A stretch of 64,000 nucleotides of DNA from Nanohaloarchaea archaeon SW_7_43_1 (GTDB lineage: Archaea > Nanohalarchaeota > Nanosalinia > Nanosalinales > Nanosalinaceae). Location of the stretch: positions 320,739-384,738 of the forward strand of contig PXPE01000001.1 of the NCBI GenBank assembly GCA_003009795.1, written 5' to 3'. Below, piece by piece: positions 1 through 8,204 of this stretch. Every line of letters starts with the position of its first letter. Positions within the stretch are counted from its first letter, which is position 1. The notes beneath the pieces are model-generated. The model was given only the letters and a program-made list of their open reading frames with translations. It had not been told where the DNA came from and made no database searches. The position numbers and the translations under genes are program-made.

Positions 1-102
1 TGAAGCGTCTTCATATTCTCCTACCTTCATGTCTGATACTCCGTAAACTGTTATTCCGAGTATCAGCAGTGCTGCGCCGGCAATAATAAGTTGGTTTTCC
101 AT
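1..102 (-). CDS. hypothetical membrane protein, 5' fragment (continues past window start)
   Basis: Minus-strand ATG at 100-102 opens MENQLIIAGAALLILGITVYGVSDMKVGEYEDAS, which stays open to base 1. It has one hydrophobic helix. It is missing from the ORF track only because no stop lies inside the window. Confidence 0.3.
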   Translation of the reverse strand, partial: MENQLIIAGAALLILGITVYGVSDMKVGEYEDAS

Positions 103-144
103 AGAATGTTTTAGGTAGGTGAACTTTTAGAATTTTTTCCAAGT

Positions 145-564
145 TTAGATGTCGAGAACTGCTTCTAGCACCCAGCCTTCATCCTTCTCATATTCTACAT
201 TCATCTCATTATAGGTTGGGGCCTTGATGTCGAGAAAGCTATCATCCCTTTCAATTGAATCGGCCCAGATGGTTGCTTCGATCAGGTAAGATTCCTTTTC
301 TTCCTCAAATTCAAGTTTATCTGCCTGGCACACTGCCACCCCTTCCGTGTCCTGGAGAAATATCAGTTTGTTCAGAAAGTCGAAAAGTAGGGCCTCATGG
401 CTCTCTGACTCAACCTTTACTTCATGTCTGTATGCTCCGGCTTCAGGATCTGCGCCGACTATCTCTCCGAATGCCTTAACTGTCTCTGAAAACGCTTTCT
501 CCAATGTCTGTCCTTGCGCCCTGAACTTCTCATCGGCCGTATGTTCCAGTATCTTGTATGCCAT
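145..564 (-). CDS. archease (RtcB tRNA-ligase cofactor family)
   Basis: 139 aa. The N-terminus MAYKILEHTADEKFRAQG carries the archease EHTAD signature. Confidence 0.85.
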   Translation of the reverse strand: MAYKILEHTADEKFRAQGQTLEKAFSETVKAFGEIVGADPEAGAYRHEVKVESESHEALLFDFLNKLIFLQDTEGVAVCQADKLEFEEEKESYLIEATIWADSIERDDSFLDIKAPTYNEMNVEYEKDEGWVLEAVLDI

Positions 565-575
565 TTACTCTATTT

Positions 576-1166
576 CTAATCCTCTTCATATCTTTCTGTG
601 AACTCCTGCTTCAAAACCTTATCGACTAGCTGATTCTGTTCCTCTATTCCCAGTTCAGAGTTATCTATTATCAGGTCATAGATTTCCTTGTTGTCAGTAT
701 CTATATTGTAGTAGTCACTGTATCTTCTGGAGTCCTCTCTATCCCTTTTCTTCACTACTTGTGAGGCCTCATACCTATCGATGTCTTCTCTTTTCGCCAG
801 TCTCCCGGCTCTTTCCTCTAGACCTGCTGTAACTTTTGTCCGGAGATCGGAGTAGTCTCCCAAAGCATGGGAAGGGATTCGACCCTCAACCACACAGTCC
901 TGGCTCAAAGCTCTTTTAACCGTTCTTCGATCGATCTCTAGGTCAAGTTCTTTCTCTGCCTCCTCAGATAGTTCATGGTCTTCAAGCCCTCTTTCTTCTG
1001 CTACCTCGTAAAAAACATCGCTGGCCGAGAAATGTTTGAGGTCAAGCTTATCAGCTATGAATTCGGCCAGAGTTCCTTTGCCTGTTGCGGCCATTCCATC
1101 TATAGTAATGATTATATCGGAGTTTCTCTCTCTGTCTCCCTGGAAATCCTCGATATAGCTTCCCAT
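576..1166 (-). CDS. cmk: cytidylate kinase, archaeal type
   Basis: P-loop IIITIDGMAATGKGT and C-terminal IYDLIIDNS resemble archaeal CMP kinases. I start at the internal ATG 1164-1166 (MGSYIEDF). The 43 upstream codons of the 239-aa ORF are basic and Cys-rich, unlike the rest, and contain TATA-like AATAAAAT about 25 nt upstream of that ATG. Confidence 0.7.
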   Translation of the reverse strand: MGSYIEDFQGDRERNSDIIITIDGMAATGKGTLAEFIADKLDLKHFSASDVFYEVAEERGLEDHELSEEAEKELDLEIDRRTVKRALSQDCVVEGRIPSHALGDYSDLRTKVTAGLEERAGRLAKREDIDRYEASQVVKKRDREDSRRYSDYYNIDTDNKEIYDLIIDNSELGIEEQNQLVDKVLKQEFTERYEED

Positions 1167-1367
1167 AGAGACTGAATTACCGGTAGCTATTTTATTGGTT
1201 TTTATACATGAGTGGCATGAAGGCTTTCCGAAATATGATATAGGAGTTCTCGGCTCTTTACCTAACCAATACCTATCCGCTCCGAAACTTCGCACTCAGG
1301 TTCAGAACACTTCAGTATCTTGATATTTTCTCCTATATTTGTCAATTGAGACAAAAATTAATCCCAT

Positions 1368-1649
1368 TCATTCCTTTATGTCGCCTATTTTATCTTCAAA
1401 TTCATCGGCAATCTTCAGGACTTTTCTACCTCTTTCTGTTACTTCATATCCTACTTTTCTCCTCCCTGTTTCTGATCTGATAACTGTTTCTTCGAGCCCA
1501 TCCAGTGCAACTAGTTCCTTTAGCCGTTTTGTAACTGTTGCTGAGCTTAGTTTCTCTCCTTGTATTTCAATTTCAGTATAGTCATCGAATGATTTGGTCT
1601 CATCTTTTGTTTCTCTCAGTATTGCAATGGCGCCCTTTGGAAGAGTCAT
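1368..1649 (-). CDS. small winged-helix transcriptional regulator
   Basis: 93 aa. SATVTKRLKELVALDGLEE...GRRKVGYEVTERGRKV looks like a recognition helix plus wing. Divergent from the 1819 gene. Confidence 0.55.
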   Translation of the reverse strand: MTLPKGAIAILRETKDETKSFDDYTEIEIQGEKLSSATVTKRLKELVALDGLEETVIRSETGRRKVGYEVTERGRKVLKIADEFEDKIGDIKE

Positions 1650-1818
1650 AAGATCTTTATTGAGTTTAACTTGTTTAAGTTTTCAGTTTTCCTTTCTTTT
1701 ACTTTAATTTTCTAAAGTAGACTTTTTCTTGCTAAACAACTGTTTTAATCCACTAAAAAGTTTTATAGTTTGTTTAAAATGGTTTTGAGACATTTTGGTT
1801 CTTAATGAGGTGTAACAA

Positions 1819-2568
1819 TTGAATTCAAAGATTTTAGTTTCGCTTGTAGCTGCAGTACTTGTCTCAGGTAGTCTGGGATATATGGGAGGGCAGATGAATA
1901 AACAGCCAGAGATTGATAGTCAGGAAAACACTATTGCTTCCCAAGAAGACAGGATTAATTCTCTTGAACAACAGGTTTCAAACGTTGAAACTCAAAGAGA
2001 TGAAGCTCAGATAGAGTCGATGAATCCTGCAGATGATCTCAGAATAGGACTGAACAGTGACTTGAAAGAACACGTTGATTTAGGACTGGTCGCATTGAGA
2101 AATTCCTACGATGGCAATGAAGATACTCAGGCATCGGTTGCTCAACTCGATCAGAATAGTCAAGAACTTGCGGCTAAGGTTGGAAGTGTTTACGGTGATG
2201 AGGCAGAACAGCAATTTCTAGGACTCTGGAGAGACCACATCGGCTTCTTTGTCGATTACACAGAAGGTCTAAAGGCAGATAATCAGACAAAAATGGACAG
2301 AGCTGACCAGAACCTAGAAGGCTACGCTGAAAGCGCTGGAACATTCTTCAACGACGCTAACCCTAACATCCCGAGAGACGGAGTTGTAACTCTTGCAGAA
2401 GAGCACAAGACTTTGGTCATCGAATCCATGGATGCTTATGATAAAGGGAATTACGAAATGGCTTATCAGAAGCAGAGAGAAGCCAATAAGCAGGTTAGTA
2501 AGATAGCGGACGCACTAACAGCAGGAATTGTAGAACAGAACCCTGATGTTTTCCAGCCGGAAAACTAG
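1819..2568 (+). CDS. membrane-anchored hypothetical protein (N-terminal TM, coiled-coil, helical C-domain)
   Basis: TTG start lies 6 nt downstream of GAGGTG (1807-1812). Anchor SKILVSLVAAVLVSGSLGYMGG. No family recognised with confidence. Confidence 0.6.
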   Translation: MNSKILVSLVAAVLVSGSLGYMGGQMNKQPEIDSQENTIASQEDRINSLEQQVSNVETQRDEAQIESMNPADDLRIGLNSDLKEHVDLGLVALRNSYDGNEDTQASVAQLDQNSQELAAKVGSVYGDEAEQQFLGLWRDHIGFFVDYTEGLKADNQTKMDRADQNLEGYAESAGTFFNDANPNIPRDGVVTLAEEHKTLVIESMDAYDKGNYEMAYQKQREANKQVSKIADALTAGIVEQNPDVFQPEN

Positions 2569-2590
2569 AGGATTCCAACTCTTTCTTTTC

Positions 2591-3178
2591 TTATTTTTTC
2601 TTCAACAGACTTTCCATCTTTGATATATTGATGAATCTCGGTACATCTGATTTATAGTTCCGATAATTTTCTCCGTATTTTTCCTCTAACCACTTTTCCT
2701 CTGTGAATACCATCAGAAAAAGCCAGACTGCGGTTATTATGGCCAGCAATATAATTTCTGGTCTGGGAAGGAGAACTGTCAAACCTACAAGCATCAACAA
2801 GTTTCCCATTACTTGGGGATTTCTGGAAATCGAATATAATCCGGAATCAATTAGTTCATCGGTTAGACCGGAAGTGGTGTTCGCTCCCAGTTTTAAGATC
2901 GCAGCAAAGGTGATCAGTGTCCCGATTGTTCCTGTTAGAAGTCCGGCCAATATCTGCAGATTGAATTCTAGAAGGGGAAAGTTCAGGTTCATCAGTAGCA
3001 CCAGGCTTGAGACGTTGATCCCTGCTAAAATCCAGTAAGCTAACCAGCAAAAATTTCTCTCGCTTGGAGGCCAGAAACGGTAATTTTTCTTTAATGAAGA
3101 CAAAGCCATTAAAACTGCCAAAGTAATTGCTGCAGCAAAACCGGCCAAAAGTAAAATCTGCTCGATCATGAAACCCAA
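2591..3178 (-). CDS. isoprenylcysteine carboxyl / phospholipid methyltransferase-family membrane protein
   Basis: 195 aa, polytopic. GLYSISRNPQVMGNLLMLVG resembles the G-x-Y-x-x-x-R-(H/N)-P-x-Y-x-G motif of the ICMT/PEMT family. Confidence 0.55.
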   Translation of the reverse strand: MGFMIEQILLLAGFAAAITLAVLMALSSLKKNYRFWPPSERNFCWLAYWILAGINVSSLVLLMNLNFPLLEFNLQILAGLLTGTIGTLITFAAILKLGANTTSGLTDELIDSGLYSISRNPQVMGNLLMLVGLTVLLPRPEIILLAIITAVWLFLMVFTEEKWLEEKYGENYRNYKSDVPRFINISKMESLLKKK

Positions 3179-3211
3179 TTAGTTTATGTCCTTCAAAATA
3201 TACAGGTTGAA

Positions 3212-3300
3212 CGCCGGAGCTGGGATTTGAACCCAGGAGGGAGCAGATGTCCCACCGGTTCTCAAGACCGGCACCTTTAGCCAGACTCAGTCACTCCGGC
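3212..3300 (-). tRNA. tRNA-Ser (anticodon UGA), no encoded CCA
   Basis: The reverse complement folds by eye into a cloverleaf. Acceptor stem GCCGGAG/CTCCGGC, anticodon stem CCGGT/ACCGG with loop CTTGAGA (anticodon TGA), long variable arm GGGA-CATCTGC-TCCC, T arm CTGGG-TTCAAAT-CCCAG, discriminator G. Confidence 0.9.
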
Positions 3301-3418
3301 ACGAACCTCTGAGAGTTTGACCACCGCTAGTCCTTCGTAGAGGCGCTCTCTGAACTTTCTAAAAATACAATCCGGTAGAAACTTTAAATTAGAAGTGGAA
3401 AGAGAAAGGATGGAAGAT

Positions 3419-3733
3419 CTATTCTTCGAGTTCAATTTCGATGTCGACTCCTTCTGGAACGTGTACTCGCATTACTTGTCGAAGTGCTCTCTCGGAGTCC
3501 ATGATGTCGATAAGCCGTTTGTGTACATGCATTTCGTATCTCTCAATGGTTTCACTTCCTTCACCGTCCGGTGCTTTTCTTGTTGGTATTGTTAGCTGGT
3601 CTGTTGGTAGGGGTACAGGGCCTGAAAGTTCTGCATCGTATTCGTCCGCTATTTCTTCGATTTCATCGGACAGTTCATCTACCTTTTCTTGATTGGTACT
3701 TCTAAGTTTTACCCGCGCCTTTTGCATATCCAT
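3419..3733 (-). CDS. rps10: 30S ribosomal protein S10 (uS10)
   Basis: MDMQKARVKLRSTN...GPVPLPT...IPTRKAPDGEGSETIERYEMHVHKRLIDI is typical uS10. The second ATG at 3725-3727 is an alternative start. Confidence 0.92.
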   Translation of the reverse strand: MDMQKARVKLRSTNQEKVDELSDEIEEIADEYDAELSGPVPLPTDQLTIPTRKAPDGEGSETIERYEMHVHKRLIDIMDSERALRQVMRVHVPEGVDIEIELEE

Positions 3734-3751
3734 AACTTCTGAAGTTAATTC

Positions 3752-3758
3752 TTATAAA
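3752..3758 (-). promoter_or_regulatory. TATA-like box (TTTATAA on minus strand) upstream of rps10
   Basis: Lies 19-25 nt upstream of the rps10 ATG with no Shine-Dalgarno between, suggesting a leaderless transcript. Confidence 0.3.
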
Positions 3759-3777
3759 TGGTTTTAGCTGCTGATAG

Positions 3778-4209
3778 CTATTCCAGCTTTTCCAATTCTT
3801 TCGCCCTATCTGTTTTACCTATCTTCCTGTACGCCTTGATAATCCGGTCGATAGGCAGTAGGGGTACTCCATTTTCGATCTTTTCTATCTCGATTTCTTC
3901 CCATTCAACTAGAGGTTTCTGATCGTCCTCTTTGGTTCTGCTGTAGATGACTTCCACATCCTCTCCATTGATCCTGTACCTGTCTATCTGGGATACTCCT
4001 ATTTTTTCTGTTTCCACGAATTTCGGGTTAAATATTGTCCTGAACTCACACGCAGTATCTTCTTCCATCAACAGGTCAATGTCATCGGGTTCAACCTCAA
4101 CGCCTCTGAGAGCGGAGTCAATACTGCCGAAAGCAGCCCAGTCGCATTCCTCTGGCAGCATCGCAGCTATTTCTCGTAAAGTTTCTAACTTTTGAGGATC
4201 GATTGGCAT
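3778..4209 (-). CDS. minimal nucleotidyltransferase-fold protein (no adjacent partner)
   Basis: AAFGSIDSALRGVEVEPDDIDLLM fits the G-S...D-x-D pol-beta-type NTase signature. 143 aa. Confidence 0.5.
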   Translation of the reverse strand: MPIDPQKLETLREIAAMLPEECDWAAFGSIDSALRGVEVEPDDIDLLMEEDTACEFRTIFNPKFVETEKIGVSQIDRYRINGEDVEVIYSRTKEDDQKPLVEWEEIEIEKIENGVPLLPIDRIIKAYRKIGKTDRAKELEKLE

Positions 4210-4320
4210 GTAAAAAAGCTGTTTCAGCGATTTTTAAAGCATGAGAGAATATGATAGAGTGGGAACGACAGCTCGAAGATTAGACTCAGGGGTTTTTTGA
4301 GACACAGAAAAAAGGGTGAA

Positions 4321-4770
4321 TCAGATTTGCTGGTTCGTTTGACCTGGCTGGTTTCCTTCATCTACTACTACAGTTCCTCCAGCTAAGTCCCCTACTCTCT
4401 GATTCTCACTCGTTAGCAATATTGAAGTTGCACCTAATATGTATGCTTGTGGCAGAATGTCGATAATCCTCAATATGTTTCTAACCAATGAACCAAAATA
4501 TCCGCACTCAGAGCCGTCTTTCTTCATTACTTTGAGATTTAGGAACATTTTGGCCGGGGTTTGACCGTTTTTACCTTCAAAATAGATGAAGTATGTAATC
4601 ATACCTAATCCGACGAAAATTTGGAGAGCCCTAAAACCTAGATTCGTATTTGCTGCAGCAGATACTGCTTTGAGCATGATTATACCCGATAATCCGAACA
4701 GTATTCCTCCTAAGATGGAGTCAATTACTACGGCAATCCCTCTGTTTACTATTCCTGCCTTCTCTGTCAT
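4321..4770 (-). CDS. RDD-family membrane protein
   Basis: NRGIAVVIDSIL..., then TM helices, then GQTPAKMFLNLKVMKKDG...LVRNILRIID, matching the RDD-domain layout. Confidence 0.6.
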   Translation of the reverse strand: MTEKAGIVNRGIAVVIDSILGGILFGLSGIIMLKAVSAAANTNLGFRALQIFVGLGMITYFIYFEGKNGQTPAKMFLNLKVMKKDGSECGYFGSLVRNILRIIDILPQAYILGATSILLTSENQRVGDLAGGTVVVDEGNQPGQTNQQI

Positions 4771-4790
4771 TACAAAACAAATTCCGCCTC

Positions 4791-4806
4791 TTTTTTATAA
4801 TATTTA
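4791..4806 (-). promoter_or_regulatory. TATA-like box (AATATTATAAAAAA on minus strand) upstream of RDD gene
   Basis: Lies 21-36 nt upstream of the ATG at 4768-4770. Confidence 0.3.
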
Positions 4807-4953
4807 TGTTTTATGTTGGAGGTTATTGCTGTGTAATTTGCAGGGAAAAGTTAAGTGGTCAGAATACTGGTTTCTACTGTTACTGTCCTGTTCAGGGAGT
4901 AATTGTAGTGGAAATTTGGATAAGAAATAAAAGATCGGGGAAAGGCTTGCGCC

Positions 4954-6237
4954 TTACTGTTCATCGACAGATAGTGCCATTCCGGCTCCTACTGTCTGTC
5001 CCATGTCTCTGACTGCGAATCTTGAGAGCTGTGGGACGTCATCGTTCTCTTCGATGACGAGTGGCTGCTGTGGTGTGATTTCCACGATTGCTGCCTGTCC
5101 CTGTTTGATGTAGTCAGGGTCCTCTTCGATTGTTTCTCCTGTCTTCGGGTTCATCGTCTTTTTTAGGTCTGTGAATGTGCATGAGACCTGTGCTGTGTTG
5201 ACGTGGAATACAGGTGTGTAGCCTTCTGAAACTACGTTAGGGTGGTTCAGAACGATTACCTGTGCTTCGAAGCTGTCAACTACTGTTGGAGGATTGTCCG
5301 CGTGTCCTGCTACGTCTCCTTTCTTGACATCGTCTTCACCTACTCCTCTTGTGTTGTATCCAATGTTGTCTCCAGGGTGTGCCGCATCAACTTCTTCGTG
5401 ATGCATTTCGATTGTTTTGACTTCTCCACCTATATTCTGGTTAAGTCTTGTGGATGCCGGTTCGAATACTACATCGTCTCCCGGTGAGATGTCTCCTGTC
5501 TCCACTCTTCCGACAGTTACAGCACCGATTCCGGAAATAGAGTATACGTCTTGGATTGGGATCCTCATCGGCAGGTCTTCCGGTTTATCTGGTTCATCTA
5601 GGTCATCCAGCGCGTCAAGTAGTGTTGGTCCGTCGTACCATTCTAGGTTTTCAGATTCCTCGACTACGTCGTCTCCTTCGAATGCTGAGATAGGCACAAA
5701 GTTAATATCGCTCGGATCATAGCCTACGCCCTGAAGCATCTCGGAAACTTCCTCTTTGATGTCTTCGAAGTCTCCTTCCGCATAGTTAACAACGTCCATT
5801 TTGTTGACTGAGACAATCAGCTGGTCTATGCCCAGCGTTTTTGCAAGGTATGCGTGTTCTTTTGTCTGTGGCTGGATTCCGTCATCTGCAGCAACTGTAA
5901 GAACTCCTGCGTCTGCCTGTGATGCTCCTGTGATCATGTTTTTAATGAAGTCTCTGTGGCCTGGAGCGTCGATAATTGTGAAGTAGTAGTTCTCGGACGT
6001 GAAGTCTTTGTGAGCGAGGTCAATTGTAACTCCTCTTTCTCTTTCCTCTTCAATTGAGTCCATTGCGAATGCGAAGCCGAATGTTTCCTTGCCTTTTTCT
6101 TCTGCTGCCTCTTCTAGTTTTCGCATTTCTTCTTCTGGTAGGTTTTCTGTGTCCCACAGTAGTCGTCCAATTGAGGTTGACTTACCGTGGTCTACGTGAC
6201 CGATGAATACGAGATTAACGTGTGGTTTGTCTGCCAT
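4954..6237 (-). CDS. tuf: translation elongation factor EF-1 alpha (aEF-1A)
   Basis: GTPase motifs [17 protein letters not shown] and NKMD. 427 aa. AGGTGA lies 9 nt upstream of the ATG. Confidence 0.97.
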   Translation of the reverse strand: MADKPHVNLVFIGHVDHGKSTSIGRLLWDTENLPEEEMRKLEEAAEEKGKETFGFAFAMDSIEEERERGVTIDLAHKDFTSENYYFTIIDAPGHRDFIKNMITGASQADAGVLTVAADDGIQPQTKEHAYLAKTLGIDQLIVSVNKMDVVNYAEGDFEDIKEEVSEMLQGVGYDPSDINFVPISAFEGDDVVEESENLEWYDGPTLLDALDDLDEPDKPEDLPMRIPIQDVYSISGIGAVTVGRVETGDISPGDDVVFEPASTRLNQNIGGEVKTIEMHHEEVDAAHPGDNIGYNTRGVGEDDVKKGDVAGHADNPPTVVDSFEAQVIVLNHPNVVSEGYTPVFHVNTAQVSCTFTDLKKTMNPKTGETIEEDPDYIKQGQAAIVEITPQQPLVIEENDDVPQLSRFAVRDMGQTVGAGMALSVDEQ

Positions 6238-6320
6238 TGTTGAGTTTCACCTAATGTGTATATATCGGAATTAACCGGTTAAACTTTAAAAAGGAATTGT
6301 GGTGATAGGTATTGTAGTTT

Positions 6321-7463
6321 TCAGGCTCTTTTTTCTGCGTGTAGAGCTTTGATTCTGTTATCCAGCTTCTCGCTGAATTTATCCCAGCTGTATTTTCTGG
6401 AGTGTTTTCTAGCTTTGATTCCAATTTCTCTGACTTTTTCAGATTTGGAGGCCAGATATTCCATTTTTTCTGCAAAGGAGCCAGGATCCGGATCTACTAG
6501 GTAACCGGTTTCATCGTCTTTAATTGATTCTACAGGTCCGCCTTCATTAACCGATATTATAGGCTTGGAGTAGCTGGCGGCTTCTATCGGTATTATACCC
6601 CAGTCCTCTTTCTCTGCACAGAAAAGAACAGAGTAACAGTTTGCGTAAAGTTTATTCCATCTTCCATCCTGTACATCCTTCTCAATTCTTATTCTGTCTT
6701 CGTCACTTGCCATTTGTTCAAGTTTCTGTAGATATTCCTCTTCTTGAGCGGATCCTGCCAGTACAAGTTCGAATTCCTCGTCGAGATCTGCTTGTTTGAA
6801 CGCCTCTATGGCAATCTCATGTCTCTTGTAGCTTCTGAATCTGGTCGGGTATAAAAAGTATTTCTCACGACCTTCCGAATGGTTCTCCTCTATGTCCGCT
6901 CCAGGGTTGACGACTGTAAGATTTTCTTCATTTTCAAGCTCTTGGTCTAAAACTCTTTCTTTCGTGTTCTCGCTGTTGACAAATATGTGGTCGAAGTACC
7001 TCCAGGAAAACTTTTCAAGTTTGCCGAAGAACCATGTTGCTATTCCAAAAAATGGCTGTAGACCAGTAGGTAGATCGTTTCTGTAGGATTCTTTGAATTC
7101 CGGAAGGGCAGCTCTGAGCGGTGTATGACAGTATCCCATTGTTAGCTGGTCGTGGTTTCTCATGGTAAAGGGCGTTGAGACTCCTGAAGTTGAGAAGATA
7201 ATAGAATCGTATTCCTCAAAATCTAACTTGGTAAATGTACCGCCGAGGCTGAATTTCAGAAGTCTTGAAATGAATCCTCCTGCTTCTCCTTGCCAGGCGA
7301 CCTCCTTCACTTCTATATCTTTGAATCCTTCAAATGTATTTTCTTTATCGTAAAACGGGGTTAGAACGGTTACATTATTTTCCGACCTACTGGCGTATTC
7401 CAACACGACTTTTTCTGCCCCACCTTTCTCTTTAAGCCAGGGATGGAAAACCGCTATATTCAT
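6321..7463 (-). CDS. GT-B fold glycosyltransferase (GT4-like)
   Basis: C-terminal EKEDWGIIPIEAASYSKPIISVNEGGPVESI matches the GT4 E-x7-E donor-binding region. 380 aa. Confidence 0.8.
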   Translation of the reverse strand: MNIAVFHPWLKEKGGAEKVVLEYASRSENNVTVLTPFYDKENTFEGFKDIEVKEVAWQGEAGGFISRLLKFSLGGTFTKLDFEEYDSIIFSTSGVSTPFTMRNHDQLTMGYCHTPLRAALPEFKESYRNDLPTGLQPFFGIATWFFGKLEKFSWRYFDHIFVNSENTKERVLDQELENEENLTVVNPGADIEENHSEGREKYFLYPTRFRSYKRHEIAIEAFKQADLDEEFELVLAGSAQEEEYLQKLEQMASDEDRIRIEKDVQDGRWNKLYANCYSVLFCAEKEDWGIIPIEAASYSKPIISVNEGGPVESIKDDETGYLVDPDPGSFAEKMEYLASKSEKVREIGIKARKHSRKYSWDKFSEKLDNRIKALHAEKRA

Positions 7464-7551
7464 GATAATGTCTTATAGTTGAATTCTTTATAGATTAGTA
7501 TCAAAACCGGTTTTCGAAAGATTTTAATGTTTTAATAATAATTATTGGTTT

Positions 7552-7797
7552 ATGCCAGTTAGTACAGATCTACCTGATAAACTTAAGAAATTTGTTAACG
7601 ACGAAGTTGAAAAAGGAAGATATAACTCTAAGTCAGAACTGATCAGAGATGCTCTAAGATTGAAAATGATGAACAGGGAACTAGATACAGACGTGATCAA
7701 AGGGAAAACTGTTGAGAGACTGGAGAAAGCTCTGAAAGATGTTGAGGAAGCCAGAACTTATACACCGGAAGAAGTGAAAGAAAAGGTTTCAGAATGA
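7552..7797 (+). CDS. ribbon-helix-helix antitoxin, ParD-like
   Basis: PDKLKKFVNDEVEKGRYNSKSELIRDALRLKMM matches the ParD1/3/4-type GRY-x-S-x-SE-x-IR-x-ALRL core. 4-nt ATGA overlap with the next gene. Confidence 0.6.
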   Translation: MPVSTDLPDKLKKFVNDEVEKGRYNSKSELIRDALRLKMMNRELDTDVIKGKTVERLEKALKDVEEARTYTPEEVKEKVSE

Positions 7798-8123
7798 AAT
7801 ATGAATACTCAGAGGCCGCATTGAATTCATTAATGAATTTCTCTGAGAGAGAAGCTGAAAAAATCCAAGATTTAATCAATGAAGCTGCTGTTGAGGAATT
7901 CTACAACTATAATTCATATAGCTATATATACGATGACCACAGAAATCTGTGGGATAAATTAGATCTTAAACAAGAAAATCTAAATCATAGAGTATTTTTT
8001 ACAAAAATTAATAGTGTAGTTTTCATCTTAGATGTCTTTGACAGGGATAACATAGAATATGGAAAGGATCTTTACAGCAAACTGAGTGAGTTAGATGATG
8101 AGATAAGAAATAACAGGAGTTGA
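7794..8123 (+). CDS. putative RelE/ParE-like toxin partner
   Basis: 109 aa, translationally coupled to the RHH gene. HRVFFTKINSVVFILDVFDRD resembles the C-terminal beta-strands of RelE/ParE toxins. The match is weak. Confidence 0.4.
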   Translation: MKYEYSEAALNSLMNFSEREAEKIQDLINEAAVEEFYNYNSYSYIYDDHRNLWDKLDLKQENLNHRVFFTKINSVVFILDVFDRDNIEYGKDLYSKLSELDDEIRNNRS

Positions 8124-8204
8124 GGGAGTTTTATTCTCTTGGGAAAGAATATTTGGGGGAAAAAGGCTACAGGAATTGAATAAAAAGTAGGAGAAAAAAT
8201 TTAG

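Noticed and set aside
576-1295. 239-aa version of the cytidylate kinase ORF (43-codon N-terminal extension)
   Set aside because: The extension (MRSFGADRYWLGKEPRTPISYFGKPSCHSCIKTNK...) is basic and Cys-rich, unlike the rest of the protein. It overlaps A/T-box-like sequence, and the kinase P-loop begins shortly after the internal Met.
6251-6475. 74-aa minus-strand ORF overlapping the 3' end of the GT4 gene in another frame
   Set aside because: Basic, low-complexity sequence that overlaps a well-supported gene on the same strand. It sits in the EF-1alpha promoter region and has no motif.
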